In this document: positions 23,861 to 35,747 of the stretch, piece after piece | Position numbering within the stretch: the first letter of the stretch is position 1 | Layout of the letters: each line of letters starts with the position of its first letter | Origin: Eledone cirrhosa | Taxonomy: Eukaryota | NCBI GenBank assembly: GCA_964016885.1 | Contig: OZ024740.1 | Location: 304,358,001 to 304,422,000 of the forward strand | DNA length: 64,000 nt | Direction: 5' to 3' | Translations under genes and position numbers: made by a program | Notes under the pieces: model-generated | What the model was told of the DNA's origin: nothing | Databases searched by the model: none | What the model saw: only the letters and a program-made list of their open reading frames with translations

Positions 23861-24419
23861 AGCATCACACAACACAACCTCCAGATATAATGTCTGCAAT
23901 TTTTTATTTATTATTATTTTTTTTTAATGACAAATACAAATATATTTCATTTGAATAAAATGGTGCTCTTCTTCCCTTGATGTCCGAGGCTTGTGTTTAT
24001 TTTGCTTAATGGTTAATTCAGCCCTGACTCGCCACCTATTACATATAAAGTTTGTCTTCTTTGTCAGCCTTCCTTAGATCCTACTGCACCTTTTGTGCCC
24101 CCATAATTTGCACTGAGTATACACTATAGAGTTTTCAACTAATTCCGTTGTTTATTTTTTGTTTTGTATATAATGTATGATCACTTCTCAGGTGATTGTA
24201 GAGTTCCGATTTTTTTCCTGCCAACCAAAACTTTTGTCTTTTCTAAGTTGACCTTTAGGCTTCTATAATCTAGACTCTGATAATATATCCAGCTGGTAAA
24301 TTATTACATTTGTATTACTAGCTGGGGTTATTTCATTGTTGAATAAGCTGTCCTAATATTTAAGACTGAAATCTGGTCCCTGTTTTAACTTGTTTTGATC
24401 TTGTAATTCTTACTGCACC

Positions 24420-26321
24420 TTTAACGAAAGGCAGAAGTAAGTTGTTGTGTGAATGATTATATTATAATTTATAACAAGGATAGCTGATTTATTTTATATA
24501 TAAAGGTTTACTTCACTTCAGTCAAAAAGAACAATAAACAAGTTACCCCGAGTTGCAAAGTTTGACAATATTATTTTGTTGTTGGTTCATGAGGCTGGTG
24601 TAGTCTGCGACCAGGAGAGAGAGAGAGTAATGGTCTGTAGACCTCTACGGCCTGAAGGTAGCGGTGAATCTTTCACATAGCTTGTCTGTATCGTGGTGCT
24701 CCGATCTCTCTGTGTCTAAGGTGGGAAAATACAGGCTTTATATACCTGTCACTTTCTGTTTCCCACCTTGAGGGGATAGCCCACGCATGAACCTGTTCAC
24801 ACCAAAAGGGTAGTGACCTTGAGTTTGACCTTTAGGTGTCACCCAAGGTTCAAGGCATGGACAGATTTTGCTACATTAGTTCCCTACCCAGATCGATGCA
24901 GGAGCAGCGATCGATTATAAAAGGGGTAGTAAAATCTGATTCCAGAAGTGTGTCCCAAAACACACAAAATGTGGGTACTGCGCCCACATTTTGAGTGTAG
25001 AGAAATTTGGAGAGAGAAAAAAAAAATAATGTGTATGCATGTATGTGTGTAACATTTAGAAGAAACTGTAAATATACAAAGTTGTGATCATGTATTTCGA
25101 ACTGTTGTGTATGGATGGATGGACGTTGGGGTTACAGTATCGGATTACGATATGATAACACAGAGGACTATTTCTCTTGATGTATCATCATACGTAAGAT
25201 TCTTTTCTGGTGAATCGAGGTTTACACTATGACATGAGTGTGTGTAATTTTGAGTTGCGTGCTTGAGTGAGTCCAAACGAGTACCCGTGGGTTGTTTATC
25301 GTGTGTTTAATAGCTGTTGCCGAACCTCGACCCGTTGAAAAGTGATCTCGCAGTGACCCAACCGAATCCAGAATATACCATAGACAAAAACATGTTGGTG
25401 TGTGACAAAGAAAATGATGTGGTTTTGATGCAAAATGTTTATGTTCATACAGGCATATAATACAGTAAAAAAAAATACAAATGAATGTTCATATATAACC
25501 TGTAAACAAATTTTTTTTTAATATTTATATAATTGTTCTTTACAAAATGTTCAGTTTTCTCTTCTCTATGTGATCGTTTTCTTGCTAGGAAGCTAGTAGT
25601 ATTGTCTGTTGTTGTGGTTGTTGTTGATTACGAAGCAAGTGGTGAAGTGTTTGGTAATGAATCGAAACATAAGAGCGAAGTCACTGTAAATATTCCATAG
25701 AATGGAAGTTTAGTGAATAATTGAAAAAGTGAAGTTTTATCATATCGTACCATATAGATGGTAATTATATATTGCTGAGAAAGTTGTTGATGTATGCCAT
25801 GTTGAAAAAAGGTTGTGTGTTGTTTTCTTTTTTTTTTTAAATACCACTTCGTTTTTTTTTTTTTAAATCACGTCGGGTTCATCAATTTAACGATGGGTAT
25901 TAGTAAGAAATTGTTAGAATGAATTAACAAATGAAAAGCTGAATTATTTTATATATAAAGGTTTACTTCACTTCAGTCAAAAAGAACAATAAACAAGTTA
26001 CCACGAGTTGCAAAGTTTGACAATGTTATTTTGTTGTTGGTTCATGAGGCTGGTGTAGTCTGAGACCAGGAGAGAGAGTAATGGTCTGTAGACCTCTACG
26101 GCCTGAAGGTAGCGGTGAATCTTTCACATAGCTTGTCTGTATCGTGGTGCTCCAATCTCTCTGTGTCTAAGGTGGGAAAATACAGGCTTTATATACCTGT
26201 CACTTTCTGTCTCCCACCTTAAGGGGATAGCCCATGCATGAACCTGTTCAAAAGGGTAGTGACCTAGAGTTTGACCTTTAGGTGTCACCCAAGGTTCAAG
26301 GCATGGACAGATTTCACTACA
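24420..26321 (-). mobile_element. Non-autonomous/internally deleted Gypsy-type LTR retrotransposon in intron 1
   Basis: LTRs 24420-24875 and 25886-26321 (minus strand starts TGTAG); 4-bp TSD CACC (24416-24419, 26322-26325); PBS 25867-25884 complementary to the tRNA-Trp 3' end (16/18); PPT gggtagggaac next to the 3' LTR; ~1-kb interior with no long ORF. Confidence 0.85.
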
Positions 26322-26519
26322 CACCTTACACAATAATTTTCATTAGAAATGAAATACCACACTAAACACCTAACCCAATCCTTTTTACCCAAAGTGGAAA
26401 TTCTCTGTATGTCCATCCTAAGACTTTTATTCTCTATATATATATTCAATAATTTAGTAATTATTTATTTATATATTTATTTATCTAATTATAATTTATT
26501 AATTTGTAATTATATTCAG

Positions 26520-26805
26520 GGTTTCAACAATGCCATTATTGGTCCAAGTCTACCAGATCTTGCAAATAAAATTCACGAACATTTCAACGAAATAAACACT
26601 ATTCTACCCATCACAGCTGCAGGAAATTTAATTGGAATCCTTATTAGCAGTGTTTGTTTAAAATTAAGCAACTTGTACCTGTCTATTGCTCTCAGTCTAT
26701 TATCAGGTGCCGTAGCTACATTTTTCATCCCTCATGCTGGAAATCTTCTTAACACACTCATTTTTTTTTTTGTACAAGGACTAGCAAAAGGCTTGGTTGA
26801 TGCTT
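26520..26805 (+). CDS. MFSD4/NaGLT1-like MFS transporter, coding exon 2
   Basis: ttcag acceptor; GFNNAIIGPSLPDL...GLAKGLVDA (MFSD4/FucP-type N-terminal motifs); GTAAGT donor, phase 1. Confidence 0.88.
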
Positions 26806-27084
26806 GTAAGTATTTTTTTTAATCCTTTCACTATTTCTCATGCTAATATGGCTGACGTGATTTTTACAAATTTAGATAAATCAGTTGATGTTATTGTTTA
26901 TCCCTAGATCATTCCTGATTGAGCAGACCTATGAGTAAAGGAATTCCAGTCAAGACTATCCCGGTTTTTTTTTCTATATGAAGGACTACATTGCCTAATA
27001 TGTTCTTACATTTTAGAACTTGAAAAGTTTGAATTAATGACAATGTGATCAGTAATCTAGTAAGTGGAACATGGGGACCAGTTC

Positions 27085-27220
27085 TGTGAGACACTTATTT
27101 TTATTTTTATTTGGTAACCAGTACATATACTGTGAAACACTTATTTTAATTTTAATCTAGTAACCAGTACATACCAGTACTGTGAGACACTTATTTTAGT
27201 TTTAATCTAGTAACCAGTAG
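27085..27220. repeat. ~3 copies of a 45-50-bp tandem repeat
   Basis: ctgtgagacacttatttt...tagtaaccagtac repeated. Confidence 0.7.
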
Positions 27221-29384
27221 ATATCACAACAAAAAGCACCCAGTACACACTGTAAAGTGGTTGTGTTGGTATCACAACAAAATGTGGTTGGCATTAGGAA
27301 AGGCATTCAACCGTAGAAACCAAGCCAAAATCAGTTCCGTATTAGCAAGAGGTGGTCATCTGACCTGGCTTCTATCACAACAGGACAACTTGTCTATCCC
27401 ATGCTAGCATGGAAAATGGACATTAAATGGTGATGATGATAAACCTTTGTTAAGTTATGTTCCAAACACCAACCTCATAATGAAAAAGTTAGTTATATTA
27501 TTAGTAAACCCCTCAAATTCTTGATTATTTTAAAAATTACTTGACAATTACTAGCAGTGTTTTTCATTAAAAATGTATTAAAAAGGCTAAGGAGTTCCAT
27601 AAGTGACAAAGGTTTAATATAGATGTTCAATTAGGCCCTTGACACACTCAGTGGATATTTCTATAGTTTATTAATTGGTGTATGTCAATGATGATTAGGT
27701 ATTATATGCCTTTGCAGTGAAAATAATTTGCGCAAGTACATGGAAATAGATATTTTGGGTATACAGGGTGAGTAGGTATAACACTTAATTATAAGGAAGC
27801 CATTTTGTTGAAATGATGTCGTCCATTGTTGAGTGCTGTGATATGTTATTCCTGGCTAAACAAATATGGTATCAGTATGTGATATCCTTGTTCATATGTC
27901 TTGATGTGCTAAATGTAGTGCAGTAATGATTCCCTGGGGGGATGAAGAATAAAATAATTTGATCCTTAAAAATTGTATTAATTAATCATGATATTGTTTT
28001 ATATTGCATTGTTTGGGCATTAAATGACAATATTCAGCTCTGCCTGTTGCAATAAGATCTATCAACTGAGTTGTATTTTCACTTCTATTTGTTACAATAT
28101 GTATTTTATCTCATGTATTAATAGATTGTAGGGAGTAAGTGAGGAAATTCCTTATAAGTTTATCTGGTCAATTGATGTCATGCAATGAATGCCAGCTAAA
28201 AATGACCGATAAAGACTGAACATTGGTGGAAGTTTAATTAATTGTTCATATTGACGACACTGCCTCTGTGATGGAAAATATATGATTTTTTCAAGTATAT
28301 TTTATCTGGTTAAATTTTTTCTGTGAATAGCAGAAAACAACATCTGAAGCTTGTTTTTTTTTTTATCCTGAGTATTACACTATGTATTACTCTGTTACAA
28401 GTTCCAACCAAGAGGCTGCAGCCATGCTGGGGCACTGCCATTTGTAATGAATATTCAATAAAAATTAATCCATATGTTTGGCTACATATTAGTCTAGCTC
28501 CCAAATTGACTTTTGGCTATTCTCAAAATATTCTAGCAGCATTTTGATAGAACCTCTTCTGTTGTAAAACTGACTGGCAAATCATTCTTGTTGGTATCTA
28601 CTTTACTAAATAGGTATACACCAGTAGACAGAGAAGCTCTAGCTGTAGCTTATTTTTTCAATAAAGCTGGGATATTTTGTCTTAGGATGCCACCATAAAC
28701 TGCTGACCATAAACCTTTTAAAAGACCTATTACATGTTACAGCCGGCATCTTTGCTAACATATTACTTACGAATATATCAAACAATTACTTTAAAAATCT
28801 GAAAGATTTAAATTCCAAGTGCAGTTGTACTGAAAAAAATAATGAGTACTTAAATTTTAAAGATGGAACTTATATTTAATTATTATTTTGTTTTTGACTT
28901 TCATGCTTAAATGTCTCATTTAAAAAAAATCCTGTGGGTTTTTCAAACTTCATCAGTAAGTAGTTTAAAGATAAATGCAGTGAAATTCTGCATGCAGTTG
29001 AGAGGTGCTCTCATCTGTGCTCTAGAGCAATGAAAGTGGGTGTTACTGGTCATTGTCAGTGGAAATGCCTTTGCAGTTTTGTCCACGGTGCACAGCCTGT
29101 CACCCTCTTCACTTCCCCTCTCTTTCTTCCTTGCTCTTTCCATCCTTTTCTTCTCATTTATGGCATTTATAGTCCTTTCCTTTACTCTCCTTTACAGCCC
29201 TTCTTTACCTTTTCCCCCTTTTTATCATTATTTTTATAATTATTTATAAAAACTTAATAAATTATTTACAAAAGAAAAAAATAATAAATGACAAGGTTAA
29301 ATACTATAAACACTTATATTTCTATCAACTCTCTATCCTCTTTATTCTTAAATGTAAAGGTCTATATTTTATATTATCTTTCAG

Positions 29385-30322
29385 ATTGCTACACATTATG
29401 CCTGAGCCTCTTCCCATTAAAACACACCTGGCAAATGTTAAGCATGCCTGTAGCATCGGCTTTTTCTGGATTGATCATTGCATTTATAGTTAGAGAATTC
29501 CAGAGTCATGTGAAAATCTATCCTGATGCCAACATCACTTCAGTCAGTGAATGTACAGTAAATACTTGCTATGCCACTCCAAACAGAATTACTTACCCCT
29601 ACATGATTGTATCCTTTATATTAGCCCCACCAATTCTGGCATTCTTCTACTATTTTATTAAAGAACAAATATTGAAAGCAAAACAAACAGACTACACTTA
29701 CATATTGGATTTACCTCCCGTTACATCAGTAAATCTAAAAGACAAGTTAGTTTTCATCCTTTTAATTTTCCTTTTTCATATTCCTGTATATGGAAGTATT
29801 ATAACGTACAGTCATTTATTGACACTTTACGGAATAACATATCCATTATATCAGACTAAATCCGTTATGGCCACTATAACTGCATTGTTCTGGGGTTCAA
29901 TTTTACTTGGACGAATCACTAATGTGTTACTTTCCAGATATATATCCATGCCACTTCTACTCTCCCTCAATTTTATAGGTTTAATAATATTTTCAACAAT
30001 ACTGTTCGTATTCAAATTTAATATTGTTTACATTTGGATTGGTTCATCGGGGTTTGGATTCTTTCAATCATCTTTTCTACCTTCTGTAATGACATGGGCT
30101 GGATCCTTCTTGGAATTGGATGTTATCATTTTGTACACATCACTAATAGCAAATGGAGTTGGTGAAATAGTGATTCCTTATTCAGCTGTTTTATTATTTG
30201 ATCATATAGGGCATAAGTGGCTGATGACACTCATATTATCATTAAGTTTAATCGAATTAGGATTATTTTTAGCTATATGTTTCCTTAAAAGAATCGCCAA
30301 AAATATAGAACAAAAATGTTAA
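29385..30322 (+). CDS. MFSD4/NaGLT1-like MFS transporter, coding exon 3 (spliced CDS 1290 nt, 429 aa)
   Basis: tttcag acceptor, phase 1 (T+AT = Tyr); many hydrophobic helices; ITALFWGSILLGR, GFGFFQSSFLPS, ANGVGEIVIP resemble the MFSD4 C-terminal half; stop TAA at 30320-30322. Confidence 0.88.
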
Positions 30323-30662
30323 TATAATGTTCTAAATATTTTGTGAAATGTATATATTGATATTAGAAATAACACAAAATCCTTCATAAATATTCCCATA
30401 TCAATTCAACTCTAGTAAATCTTGAAATAGTAAAAACTCCAAAATAAAAATTATAAATTATACATTTTGAAAGATTTATGAAAAGACGATGTGGTAATAC
30501 ACAGTAGTGTTTGTAGCATATCATACACTGTTGCTGACACAAAATAGCATTCCTAACATGTCATACGATTTTGTTAGCAAAATCTCCCTTCAATATAGCT
30601 GGCATGTTATAAAATATTGGTACGCATAAGATAGTATGATGCCTGTATGCAAAGTGTGATCT

Positions 30663-31102
30663 AGCATGGTAGTGAGACATGGGCTGTGACTGCGGAGGAT
30701 GTGCATAGACTGGAGAGAAATGAAGCAACTAACTTCTGTTGGATGTGCAATGTAAATGTGAGAGAAAGGCAGAGCTTAGATGAATTGAGGGAGAAGCTGG
30801 GTTTAAGAGGAATCCAAGGTAGTGTGCAGGACTTGTGATGCATTGGTTTGGACATGTGATGTGCATGGACAATGATCGTTGGGTGAAGAAGTGCCATGAA
30901 ATGCCAGTCAAAGGAAGTTGCAGTAGAGGTAGACAAAGAAAGACCTAGGCAGTGGTGGTGGTGAGAGCTGACCTCAAATCACTGAGACTCATAGAGGATA
31001 TAACAAAGAAGCACAATGTGTGAAGAGATGCTGTGCTAAAAAGGACCCATCCAATCCATGCAACCATGGAAAAGCTGGCGTAAAAACTGATGATGATGAT
31101 GA
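30663..31102 (+). mobile_element. Degenerate RTE 3' fragment
   Basis: HGSETWAVT...WFGHVM; ccatgcaaccatgg hairpin; (GAT)n tail. Confidence 0.8.
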
Positions 31103-32149
31103 CGATAGTGTTGCTTATATACTTTACTGAAATTGCAAAAAATCCGATACAGTACTGCCACCATAGAATAGAAAGCTATTATACTGTTAACATAGCCTTC
31201 AAGATAGCTTGCCTACAATACAACGTGAACACATAATATAGAACTTATAGAATTCTATTCAGTGTTATTAGCCTACTATGCAGTACCCTTAACATACGGT
31301 ACAAAATTGCTAGGATATTAAATGATGTTGCTAGCATTGTTTAATGTTGCTCACGTATACCATATGGAAATTAATCATATGAGTTGGTGTTAGCATACTT
31401 AATATAATGAGCATCAAAATATTATTGGAAATACTTAAGTGGTGAGGAAAAATCAACATTGATTCAACGACTATTGATATTTAGCAATTTCAGTAAATAT
31501 GGGACATATCTTCAGGCCTATTTTGATCTTATTAAAACTCTTCTGAGAAGTATAAATTCAACCACACTTGCTGAAGATGTACAATAATGTAGGTGTGAAA
31601 AATTAGCATATATACAACCCCTTAAGTTTAAGTGTTCAGAGATGCTATCCATATGAAAAACAATAGTTTATTTAGTGTTACCATATTTAATGTAGCAAGC
31701 ATTGAGTATCTAACTAGAATGACCTATGTGGTAAAGCATTAAGTCAATGACAAATATTCAAATATTCTAATTATTTGGAATAAACAACTTCATTGATTAA
31801 TTTTATTAAATAGCTTTATAGTATTGTTAGCATATTATATGGAGTAACAAACAGCATGTATTATTCCTCCTCCTCTGCCACCACCACCACTTTTTCCTCC
31901 TTCATCCACCCCCACCACGTCTTCATCCCCCTCCACCACAGCTACCATGACTACTTCATCCCCACCTCTTCATCACCCTCTCCACCACAAATCCCTCCAC
32001 CTCCACAGCTATCACTGTCACCATCACCCCCCCCCCCTCCTCCACCACCACCACCGTCATTTTATATCTGCTTTCTATGCTGTCATGAGTTGGAAGAATT
32101 GCCATGGTCTAAGTCAATACTAGGCAATGCTTCACATTCATACTCATTT

Positions 32150-32580
32150 TTTTAATCCATGTATTTTCATGGATATTGTTCTGATGGACTTTCCTCCTTG
32201 TTGCCTCATCTTCATGAGCTTAAACAAAATATCAGATTTGTGGCTGGGTCTCATCCCTTAACAGTTGAAGTTACTAAATGCAATCACAAATTCTATTCTT
32301 ATAGTTTCTTCTGCATATCCCACCTATGGAATTCTCTTCTGGCTTCTTGCTTTCTTGACAACTACAATTTGCAAAGATTCAAAAGCAACAGCAATTGTCA
32401 TCTTCTCTCTTCTTGATTTGAGTTCTCTCTCTCTTTCTCTTATCCCTCTCCTTTTCAGTAACCCCTTGCATTTTAGTGGCTTTATTGCCATGCTTGGGAT
32501 TATGTTCTCTCTATCTTGTACTTTTCCCTTCTCAGTAACCCTTTGCATTTCAGTGGCTTTATTACCTTGCCTGAGCTGAG
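32150..32580 (+). mobile_element. CR1/Jockey-group LINE C-terminal and 3' UTR fragment
   Basis: YFHGYCSDGL...SHPLTV...SFF...LWNSL...YNLQRFK C-terminal pattern; duplicated cagtaaccc..tgcatt..agtggcttta tail. Confidence 0.6.
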
Positions 32581-32641
<61 letters not shown>

Positions 32642-32727
32642 TATATGCAGAAGGTTCAGTATGTCCAAAGAAATGTGGTGAGAGTACCAAAGTCAGCACT
32701 CAATACAGAGCAGAATGTATCTAATAA

Positions 32728-32945
32728 GAACAAAGTGGAGGTGTTACATATGAGATTTATTGCTCAATCCTGGTTACAAATGTTTCCCAAACAACTGGCT
32801 CATGATCTGGATTGACGCTCTAGAACTGAGGAGAGTTTTGGTATCTGGTGTGGAGCGTCAATCCGGATCACAAGCCAGTTGTTTGGGAAACATTTATAAC
32901 CAGGATTGAGCAATAAATCTCTTATGTAACACCTCCACTTTGTTC
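32728..32945. repeat. Long fold-back palindrome, 93-bp arms, 32-nt spacer
   Basis: 32728-32820 is the reverse complement of 32853-32945 with ~5 mismatches. Confidence 0.9.
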
Positions 32946-33041
32946 CTCTTATTTATTTATATATATATATATATGTCCCAAGGCAGGCTCTGATACCATC
33001 AACACTATACACACAGAGCTGGCATATCTAAGAACTGACTA

Positions 33042-33097
33042 ACTGCCTGATGAGGTCATAGCCATTCAATGGCTATCATCGAAATATATATAGCAGT
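33042..33097 (+). ncRNA. Type I minimal hammerhead ribozyme (second family)
   Basis: Stem I actgc/gcagt; CTGATGA 33047-33053; stem II g...atagcca/tggctat...c; GAAA 33081-33084; tatata; TA 33091-33092. Confidence 0.88.
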
Positions 33098-33152
33098 AAA
33101 TAAAGGATTATGAGTTCATGCAATTGACTTACGTTTCGTCACTATATATAAA

Positions 33153-33553
33153 TTACCCAATTACACCTCTCAAAGACGATGACACACGACCATGACCTCT
33201 GGCGTCACGCAGTAATACAGAGTACCCGACCTCCCATGGGTACAAGCTGAAGCATATAGACAATATGCCCCCACACCCCCCACTGCAAGGTGGTCGTGGA
33301 GGTGCCACGGCAAAAAGCACCCAGCCCACACTGTAAAGTGGACGTGTAGGCGCCACGAAAAAGCACCCAGCACTCACTGTAAATGAGGTTGGTGTTAGGA
33401 AGGGCATCCAGCTGTAGAAATCAAGCCAGATCAGTTCCTGTATGAGCAAGGCATGGTCAGCCGACCAGACACTGCCCACAACAGGACAACCCATCTAACC
33501 CATGCTAGCGTGGAAGAACGGACCTAAAACGTTGATGATGATGATGATGATGA
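33153..33553 (+). mobile_element. RTE LINE 3' end
   Basis: Near-identical to 11849-12257, with (GAT)n tail. Confidence 0.9.
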
Positions 33554-34061
33554 TATTATGGAATACTGTTGGCTTCTTGCTACAATACTTTCTATACCTT
33601 TCATTTATATATATATATATATACATACACTGTAAATACACTGTAAATGTGGTTGATGTTAGGTGTTAGGAAGGGCATCCAGCCATAGAAAACCTGCCAG
33701 ATAGTTCTATACGAGCGAGACACAGTCACTCGACCAATCTTGCCTCAAGTGGGACAACTCCGTCTAATCCATGCTAGCGTGGATTAGACAGGAGTCTAAC
33801 TATAGCCATTGTGAATGTTTGAAACCAGTGATTTTAGATTACTTTCCTTTAATTCTCATTTATTTTTATATATTTTGGTGAAAAATGTTAAAATTTTCAA
33901 TATTCTATATTTTTGGTCTAAACTAGTTTTATAAATAATTGTAATCATTGTTGTTCTCGTAATAAAACAACTGCAATTACTATTACCTTTTAACATTTTT
34001 CTCATTTCCTGATGATATTTTGTAAACCTCATCATTTCACTTTCCTTACTCATTTATTATT

Positions 34062-34190
34062 AAGGCGGTGGATTGGCAGAATCGGTAGAGCGTCAGACAC
34101 CCTGCTTCACAGCATAGAGTTACGTCCCTTTATGTTCTGAGTTCAAATCCTGCCAAAGTTAACTTTGCCTTTCATTCTTATGGGGTCGAA
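34062..34190 (+). mobile_element. tRNA-derived SINE, 5' part
   Basis: A box TGGCAGAATCGG, B box GAGTTCAAATCC, then actttgcctttcat...ggggtcga. Confidence 0.75.
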
Positions 34191-34194
34191 AATC

Positions 34195-34880
34195 ATCGCA
34201 AATAAAGCCTACTCTCTTGTTGCCACATGAGAATGGGAGAAATTATCAGTGTGAGAAACTATCAGTGTGAGAAGCAAGTACTTCTTACCTCACAATTGCA
34301 AAGAGTCTTGGTCATAATAATGCCTGAACTTTTGGTTTCTCCCTCAACTGTTTATCAAGCAAGAACCAGACACCATGAGAAGATGGCTCAGGAAATCGAG
34401 TTATCTGCTTTCCCATCTGAAGACAGATCCTAGCTAGTCCTCCACTGTGATGGAGAATTATTAACATCAGCTTCCCAATCCAGCACACTCGAAGATTGGA
34501 TTGCAGTTTTAGTAACAGGAAGAGAAAAGGAGGAGATCTTATGTGTTCCAATTGCAAGAGATGGAACCAGACAACAGATTGCTGAAGTTGTTTGAAGGAA
34601 AATCAATGACTCAAAATTGAAGATAGAATAATTGGTATGTTCTTCAACATTCTTCAACAGTAACACTGACATGCACCAAAAAACTTATACAAAAATTGAA
34701 GCAGCTCTGAAAAAAATTCCTTTTGTGGCTGGTTTGCCACCATTACATTCTTGAAATGGTTTTGAAGAAAGTTTTTGAGATTTTTTTCCCCTCATGTGGT
34801 CTCAGTAGCCCAATGTTCAAAAAGTTCAGGAATGTTGGGACTCCATCGATGTCTCATTATCAAACTATCCTGGGTGATGA
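34195..34880 (+). pseudogene. Degenerate DNA transposase fragment (hAT superfamily, HWDG-type)
   Basis: Frameshifted remnants PSTVYQAR..., LVLHCDGELL, IAVLVTG, LCVPIARDGT, LLWLVCHHYILEMVLKKVF (CxxH-like motif). Confidence 0.55.
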
Positions 34881-35237
34881 TGAGTGTATATGCAGGTGTG
34901 TGTTTATGCATGTATGTATATATCTGTATATGTGTGTGCATATGTATGTATTTACAGCCCTATACAGGTATGTAGACACATAACAAAGTAAAAACGAATG
35001 TATATAGGGTACTTAATGTCACACATGTTTGATAAACAAAATCAATTCTCTAACTCTCTTTTCAATGTCCTATCTATGAACAGGTTGTTTCTTTTGTAGA
35101 CTTTTTCTCATTATATTTGATAGCTACTCTAAAAAATTAGGTTAATTGAAAATTAGATTAAATTGGCTTTGTGGAGAATGTTTGTGTGTATACAACATAT
35201 ATACTAGGTATATATACAAGGGGAATGTTTCTGTATA

Positions 35238-35547
35238 TCTATAATATTATAAAGCTGAGTGTCGTGTGTATGTATTATGTATGTATCCCACACACCTCCC
35301 TATAGTTTCTTAGCTTTACTCTCTCCATCGCTCTTCCCTCTCTCTATAATAGATCATCCCCCCCCCCCCCTCTATAATTTAACTGCTTTACTCTCTACTC
35401 TCTCTGTCGCTTTTCACTCTCAAATATTATAAAGTTGAGCGCCATCTCTCCCTCTCTCTCTCCCTCTTTCACCCTCTCTATAATTTAACTGCTTTACTCT
35501 CTGTCTCTCTTCACTCTCTATATGACAACACTTTTACTTTCCGTATC
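35238..35547 (+). mobile_element. Possible Helitron 5' end truncated by the gap
   Basis: A|TCTATAATTATAAAGCTGAGTGTCGTGTGTATGTA resembles the 5' end of the 7905-8781 Helitron; short internal repeats ctctataatttaactgctttactctct. Confidence 0.4.
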
Positions 35548-35747
35548 NNNNNNNNNNNNNNNNNNNNNNNNNNNNNNNNNNNNNNNNNNNNNNNNNNNNN
35601 NNNNNNNNNNNNNNNNNNNNNNNNNNNNNNNNNNNNNNNNNNNNNNNNNNNNNNNNNNNNNNNNNNNNNNNNNNNNNNNNNNNNNNNNNNNNNNNNNNNN
35701 NNNNNNNNNNNNNNNNNNNNNNNNNNNNNNNNNNNNNNNNNNNNNNN
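35548..35747. other. Assembly gap (200 N)
   Basis: Exactly 200 N, likely a fixed-size scaffolding gap, so adjacency of the two halves is not sequence-proven. Confidence 0.97.

Noticed and set aside
29040-29249. Hydrophobic ORF as an extra MFS exon
   Set aside because: Exon 2 splices in phase directly to 29385 with no apparent gap; this is a pyrimidine-rich intronic tract.
31475-31610. Two CTGAAGA...GAAA motifs (minus ~31485-31516, plus ~31571-31600) as hammerheads
   Set aside because: Stem I and stem II pairing are not convincing.
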